A stretch of 64,000 bases of DNA from positions 155,445-219,444 of IMG/VR virus record IMGVR_UViG_3300024503_000485. The stretch is one strand, 5' to 3'. Within the stretch, counting starts at the first letter, position 1. Every line of letters starts with the position of its first letter. This document shows, piece by piece, positions 1 through 10,318 of the stretch. The translations under genes were made by a program, and so were the position numbers. The notes below the pieces were generated by a model. That model did no database searches, was not told the DNA's origin, and saw only the letters and a list, made by a program, of their open reading frames with translations.

Positions 1-3000
1 CATTACATAATGTTGGATCGTTAGAACATAAAGTTTCTTACAAGAACGATAACCTTCCTGCGTATCAAAAATATCTTGAAGAAATTAAACCATACAAAAC
101 TTCTATTAGAGAATATACAAGTCGTTATGTAAATCAAGAATCAACAAATACAGATATTTTAGATTTTGATTTACCTCCCGTATATTCCACACGCGATAAT
201 AAAATTGTTCCAGTGAATAATGGATACAATTTATTTGATCAGTATCCATGGAAGTGGTGGTATGACAACAAAGGATTCTCAGTAGTATCTATTGAAGTTT
301 CATATGCAGGTGCAGATTATACATCTGTTCCTACCGTTCTTATTGAGGGCAACGGAACAGGAGCAAAAGCTAAAGCATATATTTCAAATGGTAAAGTTTC
401 TGGTATCACAATGGTTGATATTGGAGAAGGGTATACTGAAACACCAACAATTACGTTAGTTGGTGGCAACGGTTCGTCTTTATTAAAAGCAAAAGCAATT
501 GCAATTTTAGGTCAAACAAAAGCAAGAACATTTAATCTTGGAATTAAGTTTGACAGAATTTCTAAAGAAGGCATTTATAACGCATTTACGCATTCTCAAA
601 CATTTACTGCATCAGGACGTACTGCGGTTTTTGATTTAGCATTTGCGCCAACAAGAGATAAATCGAAAATTACTATTGTTAAAAACAAACAATTAATATT
701 GAATAATGAATATAGTTTATCATTGTTCAAAACATCTACCGATGATTATAAGATCCTAAAAGGTAGATTGATTTTTGTTGACCCGCCAGCTAAAGATGAT
801 GTTATTACAATAACATATGAAAAGAATGATGAATTGTTAGATGCTGTTAACAGAATTAACAAGTATTATTCACCAACTAGCGGAATGATTGGAAATGAAG
901 TTGGACAATTAATGACCGGTATTGATTTTGGCGGAGTTCAAGTTCAAGGAACAACATTTGATGTAACTGGCGGATGGGACGCTCTTCCGTGGTTTACTGA
1001 TAGCTGGGACAGCGTTGACTCTAACGACGATTATTATGTAATTGTTGACGGTAGTACCTCTGGGATTGAACTACCAGAAGCTCCTGTAGAAAATCAAATA
1101 ATTACAATTTATCTACAAAGAGCAGGAACATCTAAACCGATTAGAATTGACGATCCACACTTTGATCATGCCGGCGACTCGGCATTAGTAACAAATTCTA
1201 ATGCTCTTATGCCAACGTTTGTTGGAGATGGTTCTACAAAAATTGTTTCTATTGAAAATTATTTCCAAACATATGCAGGCGATGTATTAATTTTCCGTCC
1301 TGCAGAAAGCGACGGATCTGTTAATATTACAGATACAAACCTTCTCGATTCTAAGATTAGTGGCGGAACATTAGCATCAATGAGCGGTGCATATTCAACT
1401 GCTACAGGAATGACAGCAGAAGAAATTGTAATTAGCGGTGGCGCATTTAATACGCCAGATCATACACCTGCTCCTGAAGAAAATGTACCGGGACAAATAC
1501 TTGATAGTGTTTCTATTAAGGTGTTCCAAACTACAATCAGTGGTGCTGCAACTATTCAAAATAAAGTTGTTATTTCAGATGGAATTACTTCTCGATATGC
1601 CATTGATTTAACTATAATAGAAGAAGCATCAATATTGGTCTATGTAGATAAAATTTCCTATGTTTCATTTGGAGATAGCACAACCAGTTATAGCATAGAT
1701 TTTACAACCAACGAAATTGTGTTTAATACTCCACCTGCGCTAGGCTCTACAATTGAGATCATTGCAATTGGTCGTGGGGGTATTGCATTATTAGATTTCC
1801 AAGAGTTTGTTGCAGATGGCAATACAAGATTGTTCTTAACAAAAGCAGATTATTCTTTAACACAAAATATTTTAGTAACCGTTGACGGTCATCAAGTCGA
1901 CACAGGATTTACTAATAGTACTATTGTTGCTGAAGATACAGGAACAACTATTGAACCTGGAAAAACAATGGTAGAATTTGGATTAACACCAGATGCAAAT
2001 TCAATTATTAAAATCATTTGTTTGGGTTCAACATCAAATGTTGATAGTTCTGGATTGTCTGTAATTCGTGTTAATAAACAAATTTTAACATATGAGGGAT
2101 CAACACGATCTTTTATGCTAGACAAATTTGTAGATCCATCTAGAAGTTCAGCAATTGCGTCTATGGTTGTTTTGTTAAACAATAAAAAATTAAAAGGCCC
2201 AGATACTTATTATAGAATATACGACGGATCAAATAACGAAGTTGAAGTAGGTGTAGATCCAACATCTGTGGTAACATCAGTTGATGTTAGAGTTTATATT
2301 AATAATATATTACAGCCATTTGTTACGGCATATATCTATGACGGCACTACCGGAACCGTGGTTGTTAATACAGAATATCTAGAATTGCAAGATGTTATTA
2401 GAATAGAAATTATTAATAATGCAGAATATTCTGTTACAGATAACATTTTACAAATTTCTGATTTAGTAACCTTAGTAGACGAAGATCAAATAGAAGTAAC
2501 TTGGTTTAGCGAATATCCAACGTTTGACATTGTTTCTGACGTTCATTCAGGAGGAAAAGTTCAATATCAATTGAATAGAGCCCCATTAGATTCTCATTAT
2601 GTATGGGTTTATAAGAATGGCGAGAGACTAGTTCAAGGAAAAGAATTTGTTGTTTCAACACCAAGGAATGTTGTATATCTGAATATTCCTTCTTTGTTAA
2701 CTGACAAAATTGAAATTATGGAATTTGGTAATAATGTTTATAAAACTCCAAGAGCTTTTGAAATGTATAAAGACATGTTTAACGTAACTCATTATAAGCG
2801 TTATGCTATTAATGATGTTCAGTTATCAAAAGAATTAAATTATTACGATACTACTATTGAAGTTAATGATGCTTCGGCTCTTGACGAACCTAATATGTCT
2901 AAAAATATTCCTGGAGTGGTAACAATCAACAAAGAACGCATCGAGTTCTTAACTAAATCCGGAAACGTGTTAGGACAATTAAGAAGAGGAACGTTAGGAT

Positions 3001-3518
3001 CTTCAATCGGTCAAACTTATCCTGCAGGAACCCCAGTAATCAGTGCAGGTGTTGATGACATTATTCCTTATATTGATTCTCAAGAAAAAGAAGAGTTTGT
3101 TAGCGACGGAAGTACATTGTTGATTGGACCATTATCTTTTGTTCCAACAAAATCAACAAGATCTAGCTTTACCAGAAAAACAATTCCAGAAGATTTTGGA
3201 GCCTGCGATCAAGTAGAAATATTTGTTGCAGGCAAAAGATTAAGAAAAGATCAGTTATCTGTTTATAACGAATCTTTAGGATCAGTAAGTCCATCGGCAG
3301 ATGAAATTTTAGAAGCAGAATTTTCTGTAGACGGAGCAACACCTTATATAAGATTAACTAAGCCAGCAACTGAAGGTACACGAATTTTAATAATTAGAAA
3401 AGTTGGTAGATTATGGTACGAGAGAGCTGAAACTACAGCAAGTAGAGGTATTACGCTGCTTGATAACAATACAGCTATTGCTCGTTTCATTGATCAAAAG
3501 CCAACGGAATTGCCATAA
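1..3518 (+). CDS. C-terminal part of a giant virion structural protein (baseplate wedge/hub-like); 5' end lies outside the window
   Basis: The frame is open from base 3 (LHNVGSLEHKVSYKNDNLPAYQKYLEEIKPYKTSIREY...), so the 213 GTG is not the real start. It has a GxGYT..PTI module, repeated (G/S/A)DG(S/N)T beta modules, and lies upstream of tail-fibre genes. Confidence 0.75.
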   Translation, partial: LHNVGSLEHKVSYKNDNLPAYQKYLEEIKPYKTSIREYTSRYVNQESTNTDILDFDLPPVYSTRDNKIVPVNNGYNLFDQYPWKWWYDNKGFSVVSIEVSYAGADYTSVPTVLIEGNGTGAKAKAYISNGKVSGITMVDIGEGYTETPTITLVGGNGSSLLKAKAIAILGQTKARTFNLGIKFDRISKEGIYNAFTHSQTFTASGRTAVFDLAFAPTRDKSKITIVKNKQLILNNEYSLSLFKTSTDDYKILKGRLIFVDPPAKDDVITITYEKNDELLDAVNRINKYYSPTSGMIGNEVGQLMTGIDFGGVQVQGTTFDVTGGWDALPWFTDSWDSVDSNDDYYVIVDGSTSGIELPEAPVENQIITIYLQRAGTSKPIRIDDPHFDHAGDSALVTNSNALMPTFVGDGSTKIVSIENYFQTYAGDVLIFRPAESDGSVNITDTNLLDSKISGGTLASMSGAYSTATGMTAEEIVISGGAFNTPDHTPAPEENVPGQILDSVSIKVFQTTISGAATIQNKVVISDGITSRYAIDLTIIEEASILVYVDKISYVSFGDSTTSYSIDFTTNEIVFNTPPALGSTIEIIAIGRGGIALLDFQEFVADGNTRLFLTKADYSLTQNILVTVDGHQVDTGFTNSTIVAEDTGTTIEPGKTMVEFGLTPDANSIIKIICLGSTSNVDSSGLSVIRVNKQILTYEGSTRSFMLDKFVDPSRSSAIASMVVLLNNKKLKGPDTYYRIYDGSNNEVEVGVDPTSVVTSVDVRVYINNILQPFVTAYIYDGTTGTVVVNTEYLELQDVIRIEIINNAEYSVTDNILQISDLVTLVDEDQIEVTWFSEYPTFDIVSDVHSGGKVQYQLNRAPLDSHYVWVYKNGERLVQGKEFVVSTPRNVVYLNIPSLLTDKIEIMEFGNNVYKTPRAFEMYKDMFNVTHYKRYAINDVQLSKELNYYDTTIEVNDASALDEPNMSKNIPGVVTINKERIEFLTKSGNVLGQLRRGTLGSSIGQTYPAGTPVISAGVDDIIPYIDSQEKEEFVSDGSTLLIGPLSFVPTKSTRSSFTRKTIPEDFGACDQVEIFVAGKRLRKDQLSVYNESLGSVSPSADEILEAEFSVDGATPYIRLTKPATEGTRILIIRKVGRLWYERAETTASRGITLLDNNTAIARFIDQKPTELP

Positions 3519-3524
3519 TAAATA
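3518..3524 (+). promoter_or_regulatory. T4-like late promoter candidate (ATAAATA)
   Basis: TAAATA core in the short intergenic gap; the same core recurs before many structural genes. Confidence 0.5.
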
Positions 3525-3528
3525 ACAT

Positions 3529-4197
3529 ATGGAGATAAAAGAGTCTAAAATGCCACAAGATCAAAACACAAATAGCAAGGTAACCGAACAAAAACCCAAC
3601 GAAACGGGCGGGTTTCACTTCGAAGGTCATATTAAAATATTTGATCCGCAGACCAAAGAGGTTTTTGTGGATAAGAGAAACGCCATTCACTATGAAAATA
3701 TGTCAGTAGCAATGGTAAACAGCCTTTCAAATCAAGGGCTAGGAACAATATATCAAATGGCTTTTGGAACAGGAGGAACAATTGTTGATCCTACAGGGCT
3801 TATTTCGTATTTGACCCCAAATACCGTTGGTGTTAATTCTAGCTTGTATAATCAAACTTATCAGAAAATTGTTGACCAAAACGCTTCTGAAAACACCGAC
3901 CCTGTTCGAAATAAAATGGAAATTCGACATGTAAGCGGAGCAACATATTCAGATATTGTTGTTAGTTGTTTACTTGATTACGGAGAGCCCGACGGTCAAG
4001 AAGCATTTGATAATAGTCAAGATATGAGCGGAAATTTTGTGTTTGACGAGCTTGGGCTAAAAAGTTATGATCCAAACGGTAACGGAAAACTATTAACTCA
4101 TGTAATTTTCCACCCAGTGCAAAAATCATTGAATAGATTATTGCAAGTTGATTATACAATTCGAGTTCAAAGTTTAACTGGATATAATGAGGTTTAA
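3529..4197 (+). CDS. Baseplate-associated structural protein (putative)
   Basis: 222-aa ORF between the giant structural protein and the fibres; FDELGL and HVIFHPVQKSLNR segments; the start may be ATG 3550. Confidence 0.55.
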   Translation: MEIKESKMPQDQNTNSKVTEQKPNETGGFHFEGHIKIFDPQTKEVFVDKRNAIHYENMSVAMVNSLSNQGLGTIYQMAFGTGGTIVDPTGLISYLTPNTVGVNSSLYNQTYQKIVDQNASENTDPVRNKMEIRHVSGATYSDIVVSCLLDYGEPDGQEAFDNSQDMSGNFVFDELGLKSYDPNGNGKLLTHVIFHPVQKSLNRLLQVDYTIRVQSLTGYNEV

Positions 4198-4199
4198 TC

Positions 4200-6287
4200 A
4201 TGCCGTATAGCGTAAATTACACAGATAAAAATACAAAATCGCCAATTACGGTATATGACAATACTTCAAGTACCGATACAACATTAACATTTCCCGGACG
4301 AAATGTTACAGGCTACGGCCAGATTATTGCAGAAAATTTTCTCCACCTATTAGAAAATTTTGCTAGCCCCACCGAACCAGTTAATCCAGTTGAAGGGCAA
4401 TTGTGGTATGAAAGTGAAACTGGTACACTGATGATCTTTGACAACACCAGTTGGAAAGCAGCAGGCAGTATTCAGAAAAGCCCAACACAACCATCTGTTA
4501 GTGCAGACAAGGTTGGAGAGATCTGGGTCGACACCGTTAAACAACAATTATATGTTTGGTCAGGTGAAACATGGGTGTTGGTTGGTCCTCAATTCAGTAC
4601 AACTAGCGGTTTAAGAACTGGACCAATTGTTGACATTATTGACGACTCGGACAACACAGCTCGTAAAATTATTAAATTTTTAGTAGATGAAACGCCAATT
4701 GCTATTATTAGCGAAGATAGTTTTACTCCTAAAATTAGTATTCCTGGTTTTATCGATATTAAATCAGGAATTAATTTAACAACCGTTGCATCGGGCGACG
4801 GTAATTATGCTCCAAAATTGTACGGAACTGCTCAAGCAGCAGATGCATTGATTGTTAATGATGTAGAAGTTGTTGCTTCAAAGTTTTTAAGATCTGATAT
4901 TACTAATACAACTGAATATGGAATTAACGTTAAAAGTAATAGCGGTATTACATTAGGAGTTGACAGCGGATTTAGAATTTCATCTTCTGCAACATCGGCA
5001 AAAATTTATAATGCCAATCCTGGAAGTAGTATTGATTTACAAGTTAATAGAAACGGTAGTCAATCAACAATTTTAAGAGTTATTGATAATAAGATTGGTA
5101 TTAATATTGAAACTCCTCAGCGTGAACTTGACGTAGGTGGCGATATTGGTGTTAGCGGTGATGTTATTATCACAAGCACAGATCCAAGTACAAATTTTAA
5201 TAACGGATCTTTGAGAACAGCAGGCGGAGCCGCAGTTACAAAAAATTTAATTGTTGGAACAGAATTAGAAGTTGGCGGAACAACTACTATTAAAAATCTT
5301 CTTCCAAAGACAACTGAAACATATAGTTTAGGTGCAGATCCTACAACCGGCGGAAAACGTTGGGATACGGTTTACGCTAAAACTATCAAAGCAGATTTCT
5401 TAAAGGGTGTGTTAGACGGTGACGTTGCAGGTAATGCTAGAACAGCCACTAATTTAAGAACGGTTACTAGTTTTCAAATTAAAGGCGACGTAACATCTCA
5501 GGTTATTAATTTTGACGGTTCTGTTGGCGGAAGTATTAAAGAGTTTACAACAACATTAACTTCAAACATTATTGAAGGAAAAGAATTTCCTTTTCCAAAT
5601 GTATCAAAATCAGACGATTTGGTTTTAGTTTTTAGATCTGGTACAGGTCTAATAAAAGAATCAAGGGATGTATTTGTTGGTGACCTTGGAATTCCAATTG
5701 GCGGAATTTTACCGTACGCAGGCATCGATATTCCAGACGGATTTTTATTATGTGACGGATCAGAGGTTGAAAAATCAAAATATAGTAAACTATACGATGC
5801 TATTGGTAACACATATGGTTTGCCAACTAGGGGTGTAAACACTTTTGTATTGCCGGATCTACGTGGTAGATTCCCCCTAGGTCGAGATAATATGGATAAT
5901 TATGGCACCGTTCCTGAAGAAAACGGCGGCTTCATTGACGCAGGTGGCGGCAACATTGATCGTGTTGCAGGTACAGAAGCAGATACATTAGGTGCCGGTG
6001 CAGGAGATGCTGAAAGCGTATTAGAAGTTAGAAATCTGCCTGAACATGAACATAATTTAAAACCGCCTGGAGTTGATAGACAATTTGCTGTTGTTAGAGT
6101 TGATTCGGCGGTCGTTCCGGGAACTTCTCCTGGTTCAGGACTAGGACCAACAGCAGCTGGTCAAGCTCAGTATCTTAATACATCCGGAGGTATCAAAACA
6201 AGTGCTACTTTAGCAACCCCGTTTAGTATTATGAATCCGTTCTTGACTATTAACTATATCATAAGATCTGGTCCACCAGCATTCTAA
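4200..6287 (+). CDS. Tail fibre / short-fibre protein with C-terminal phage tail-collar domain
   Basis: IPIGGILPYAG..GFLLCDGSEV..LYDAIG..PDLRGRFPLG collar signature; N-terminal GYG..ENF..LLENFA..GQLWY domain shared with the next three genes. Confidence 0.85.
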   Translation: MPYSVNYTDKNTKSPITVYDNTSSTDTTLTFPGRNVTGYGQIIAENFLHLLENFASPTEPVNPVEGQLWYESETGTLMIFDNTSWKAAGSIQKSPTQPSVSADKVGEIWVDTVKQQLYVWSGETWVLVGPQFSTTSGLRTGPIVDIIDDSDNTARKIIKFLVDETPIAIISEDSFTPKISIPGFIDIKSGINLTTVASGDGNYAPKLYGTAQAADALIVNDVEVVASKFLRSDITNTTEYGINVKSNSGITLGVDSGFRISSSATSAKIYNANPGSSIDLQVNRNGSQSTILRVIDNKIGINIETPQRELDVGGDIGVSGDVIITSTDPSTNFNNGSLRTAGGAAVTKNLIVGTELEVGGTTTIKNLLPKTTETYSLGADPTTGGKRWDTVYAKTIKADFLKGVLDGDVAGNARTATNLRTVTSFQIKGDVTSQVINFDGSVGGSIKEFTTTLTSNIIEGKEFPFPNVSKSDDLVLVFRSGTGLIKESRDVFVGDLGIPIGGILPYAGIDIPDGFLLCDGSEVEKSKYSKLYDAIGNTYGLPTRGVNTFVLPDLRGRFPLGRDNMDNYGTVPEENGGFIDAGGGNIDRVAGTEADTLGAGAGDAESVLEVRNLPEHEHNLKPPGVDRQFAVVRVDSAVVPGTSPGSGLGPTAAGQAQYLNTSGGIKTSATLATPFSIMNPFLTINYIIRSGPPAF

Positions 6288-6302
6288 TATTGGAAATAAG
6301 AC

Positions 6303-8132
6303 ATGTCATACACAATAAACAAAACTGATGGAAGTATTTTAGCAACGGTTGCCGACGGTCAAGTCGATCAACTATCTTCTGATATTACATTAATTGGAAA
6401 AAACTACAGCGGATTTGGCGAAGCATTAAACGAAAACTTTGTTAAGATGCTAGAAAATTTTGCTGATACAGGTGAACCAGAAAGACCTATCCGAGGACAA
6501 ATATGGTTTGATGTAAGCGAATTAAAATTAAAAGTTTACAACGGGACTCAATTTCAACCAGTAAGTTCGGCAACAATATCAAACACACAACCTTCAACAT
6601 TAGGTACAGGCGATTTATGGTTTAATGACACTGACAAACAATTATTTTTCTATGATGGAACAAATACAATATTGTTAGGACCGTCATACTCTCAAAGTCA
6701 AGGTCTTAGCGGACTTAAAGTAGCAAGTATACTTGATTCATTAAATCAAACTCGTGTTATAACATATCTATACACCAACGGTGTGTTGTTAGGAATATTT
6801 TCAAAAGATAGTTTTACTCCTAAAATTGCTATTCCGGGGTTTTCCGGAGACATTGGTCCAGGATTTAATGCTGGTACATTAACAAATTTAAAATTTAATG
6901 TTACATCTAGTAACGCCGATAAACTTGGAAACCAACCAGCTTCGAAATATTTAAGACAAGATACTGATAACATTATTGACGGACAATTAACAATTACCTC
7001 AAATAGAGGTTTGTTAGTTGGTGATGCACAGCAAGGACAATTTGTTGTTGTAGATGGTGATGTTGAGTTTCGTAACGATGCAGAAAATAAAAACATTTCT
7101 GTAAAAGTAAAACGAGGTGCTGCGGTTGATAGTGTTTTATCTGTAGACACAATTAATCAAACACTAAACATTTATAAAGATAATCCCGGCAGTGAAACAT
7201 TCATTGGTGGAAATTTAGTAGTTGCTGGCGATTTTACAATTCAAGGCGATACTACAACAATTAATACTTCAACAATTAATGTTGAAGATAAAAATATTGA
7301 ATTAGCAAAAACAGATACTCCAACAGACGCTTATGCAGATGGCGGCGGTATTATTTTAAAAGGCGCTAGCGATCATGAATTTTTATGGACACAGGCAAGC
7401 ACAGCATGGAATAGTACCGAACATATAAATTTAGCCACAGGAAAAGCATTTAAGATTAACGGTGTTGAAGTTATTACAGCAACATCATTAGGTCCTGGAA
7501 TTACTAGTATCCCTGGTGTTACATCTTTTGGTACACAAACTTTATTAACGGTTGGTCCAGAACTTCCGCCTGGTTCAGGTAATCCTCCAACACCTTACCT
7601 ACGCCTTGAAGATAATAGAATTGCAACCGTTCAGACTAATCAGGATCTTGAATTAGCCCCAGACGGAACAGGAAATGTTAGTTTAATTAACTATCCTAGA
7701 ATTACAGGATTGAACGATCCTATCGATCAACAAGATGCAGCAACAAAAGAATATGTTGATAATACAATAGAAACAAGAAGTTTAGTTTTTAGCATGGATA
7801 TTTCAGATGCTATTTCTAATTCTGGTATTGCAGCATACTTAACGTTAGTTGCGCCACCGGCAGATTTTAGAGACGGCACGGTAGCACGAATTTTATGTAC
7901 ATCGTTATCAAACGGTTCATCAAGTTTAAACATTAATACATACTTAAATTCACTTCCAACAACTGAATTTATTACACCAGATGCTCCAAGTTCTTTAGTT
8001 CCAGGCGGAACAGCGTTTGGAGTTACAGGCGTTTCTTTTTCAACAGCAACGGTTCCTGCTCCTGTAGTGTCGGTATTTAGAATTGTAAAAACATTCCAGC
8101 TAGTTGCTGGCAACTGGACGTTTGTATCATAA
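6303..8132 (+). CDS. Tail fibre-like protein (paralog 2)
   Basis: Shared N-terminal GKNYSGFGE..NENF..LENFA..GQIWFD domain; G/T/S-rich; QDAATKEYVD trimeric stalk-like motif. Confidence 0.75.
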   Translation: MSYTINKTDGSILATVADGQVDQLSSDITLIGKNYSGFGEALNENFVKMLENFADTGEPERPIRGQIWFDVSELKLKVYNGTQFQPVSSATISNTQPSTLGTGDLWFNDTDKQLFFYDGTNTILLGPSYSQSQGLSGLKVASILDSLNQTRVITYLYTNGVLLGIFSKDSFTPKIAIPGFSGDIGPGFNAGTLTNLKFNVTSSNADKLGNQPASKYLRQDTDNIIDGQLTITSNRGLLVGDAQQGQFVVVDGDVEFRNDAENKNISVKVKRGAAVDSVLSVDTINQTLNIYKDNPGSETFIGGNLVVAGDFTIQGDTTTINTSTINVEDKNIELAKTDTPTDAYADGGGIILKGASDHEFLWTQASTAWNSTEHINLATGKAFKINGVEVITATSLGPGITSIPGVTSFGTQTLLTVGPELPPGSGNPPTPYLRLEDNRIATVQTNQDLELAPDGTGNVSLINYPRITGLNDPIDQQDAATKEYVDNTIETRSLVFSMDISDAISNSGIAAYLTLVAPPADFRDGTVARILCTSLSNGSSSLNINTYLNSLPTTEFITPDAPSSLVPGGTAFGVTGVSFSTATVPAPVVSVFRIVKTFQLVAGNWTFVS

Positions 8133-8152
8133 TGAATAAGGAGCGAAATTAA

Positions 8153-10276
8153 ATGCCATACGTTATAAACCGATACAACGGTACACAATTAGTTGTCTTA
8201 GAAGACGGCACATTAGATACAACAACTAGTTTAGGTTTACTAGGTAGAAATTACTCCGGCTACGGTGAAGTTCAAAATGAAAACTTTCTATTTTTATTAG
8301 AAAATTTTGCAAATGGTGCTGCACCAATTAGACCTCTTAGCGGGCAATTATGGTACAATAGTACAACCAGCACTTTAAACATTTATGATGGTGCATCGTG
8401 GAAGTCGGCTTCAGCCGCTGATGTAAGCACATCAGAACCTCCAACAGGAACAGGTTCTTTTTGGTTCAATCCAGACACAAATCAACTTTTTGTGTATGAC
8501 GGAGCAGAATGGAAATTAGTTGGCCCAGAAGCTGTTGACGGATTCCCTGGCACCAAAATGGAATCTACAACCTTATATGATACAAGTAATTTGGCCCATG
8601 CTGTAATTTTAATGAAAGTAAACAACATTGTTCAAGGTATTGTATCAAAGACATTTTTTACTATTCGTTCGTCAGATTCTATTTCTGGATTTTCAACTAT
8701 AGTTCCAGGATTAAACATTTCTTCTCTAGTAGTTATTAAAGGAAATGTTGAAGGAAATTCAACAACTGCTTCTAGGTTGCAAACATCAAGAACAATTAAT
8801 GGTGTAGTATTTGATGGCGGATCTGATGTAACAATTAAATCTGCAACCACTAACAAATTAATTAAAGGTACATATCTTACAGGTGCCGATTTTGATGGTA
8901 GCGTAACAAGAACATGGGCCGTTGATGCATCGTCAACTAATGATATTGGAAAAGTTGTTGCTAGAGATAGTTCTGGAAACTTCTCAGCAGGAACAATCAC
9001 AGCTAATTTAATAGGAAATGTGGTAGGTAATGTTAGTGTTGCTACCGGATCAAGCTCATTTAATAGAGTAATTGCTAATGAATTTATTGGTGCATCGTTG
9101 TCTGGAAATGCATTTTCAGCCACACAATTAGAAACAACAAGAAAAATTAACGGCGTTAATTTTAACGGTACATCTGATATTACAATAACATCTGCGGCAA
9201 GCACGTTAACCGGTGATACATTAGCATCAAACGTAGTAACTTCATTTTTAACCAGCGTTGGAACATTAAATTCATTAGAAGTTAGTGATGCCGGTATTAC
9301 ACTTGGCAGCAACACTTTAAAATTATATTATGATGCTGATGTTACATTACCAGTAATCTCAGCAACTAGTTACGGTGAATTAGTTTTTAGAGTTAACGAC
9401 ACAAGCGTTCCGTCAGAATTAGCTGAAGTTTCGTTAGTATCCGGACAGGTTGCCGCTGGACTAGGAGCCGATACCAAAGCAATGCTTGCTCCAAGAGTAA
9501 CTGGCGGTGCAAATTTAGGATCTAGTGCTTATAGATATAATAAAGTATATTCAAATTATATTAATGCACCAATAGTTAATACAGAAACAATTAATACAAC
9601 AGCCGAAACAAACAGCGTAACCGTATCAAGTGACCTTATAATTCAAGGCAATTTAGTTGTAAACGGCATTACAACAACAATTAATTCAACTGATGTTATG
9701 GTCCATGACCTAACATTTACGGTTGCAAAAGACGTAGAAAGTCCTATCAATGCAGACGGTGCAGGATTTATAGTTGGTGGAGCAAATGCTAGATTAGTTT
9801 ATAGCGCCACTGGAGATAAGTGGACTATTAATAAACGTTTAGATGCAGGAACTAACGATATTATTACCACTGGATTATTCCAAGGAACAGCTACTTCTGC
9901 TAGATATGCTGACTTAGCTGAAAATTACATTGCTGATGCGGCATACGAACCTGGTACCGTATTAGAATTTGGTGGTTCTGCAGAAGTTAGAATAGCTGAA
10001 GATGCAACTACTCGTGTAGCAGGAGTTGTATCTACAGATCCTGCTTATTTGATGAATTCTCATTGTACTGGGCAATATGTAGTTGCCCTAGCATTACAGG
10101 GTCGAGTTCCGTGTAAAGTACGAGGCAAAATTTCTAAGGGCGATATGCTAATCAGCGGTGGTAGCGGGTATGCAAGACCGTGTACAACCCCGCAAATTGG
10201 TACTATTATTGGTAAAGCCTTAGAAGATTTTGAAGGGATTGAGGGCATTATTGAAGTTGCTGTGGGCAGGATCTAA
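8153..10276 (+). CDS. Tail fibre protein with C-terminal autocleaving intramolecular chaperone (peptidase G2-like)
   Basis: Shared N-terminal domain; repeated RTINGV.FDG..DITI; C-terminal ARYADLAE..GVVSTDPAYLMN..ALQGRVPCKV; AAGGAG RBS. Confidence 0.8.
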   Translation: MPYVINRYNGTQLVVLEDGTLDTTTSLGLLGRNYSGYGEVQNENFLFLLENFANGAAPIRPLSGQLWYNSTTSTLNIYDGASWKSASAADVSTSEPPTGTGSFWFNPDTNQLFVYDGAEWKLVGPEAVDGFPGTKMESTTLYDTSNLAHAVILMKVNNIVQGIVSKTFFTIRSSDSISGFSTIVPGLNISSLVVIKGNVEGNSTTASRLQTSRTINGVVFDGGSDVTIKSATTNKLIKGTYLTGADFDGSVTRTWAVDASSTNDIGKVVARDSSGNFSAGTITANLIGNVVGNVSVATGSSSFNRVIANEFIGASLSGNAFSATQLETTRKINGVNFNGTSDITITSAASTLTGDTLASNVVTSFLTSVGTLNSLEVSDAGITLGSNTLKLYYDADVTLPVISATSYGELVFRVNDTSVPSELAEVSLVSGQVAAGLGADTKAMLAPRVTGGANLGSSAYRYNKVYSNYINAPIVNTETINTTAETNSVTVSSDLIIQGNLVVNGITTTINSTDVMVHDLTFTVAKDVESPINADGAGFIVGGANARLVYSATGDKWTINKRLDAGTNDIITTGLFQGTATSARYADLAENYIADAAYEPGTVLEFGGSAEVRIAEDATTRVAGVVSTDPAYLMNSHCTGQYVVALALQGRVPCKVRGKISKGDMLISGGSGYARPCTTPQIGTIIGKALEDFEGIEGIIEVAVGRI

Positions 10277-10287
10277 AAAAGGGTTCA

Positions 10288-10295
10288 GATAAATA
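10288..10295 (+). promoter_or_regulatory. T4-like late promoter candidate (GATAAATA)
   Basis: Intergenic, followed by a GGAG RBS and ATG 10319. Confidence 0.6.
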
Positions 10296-10318
10296 ATAAT
10301 AGTTTATGGAGCAGGGTA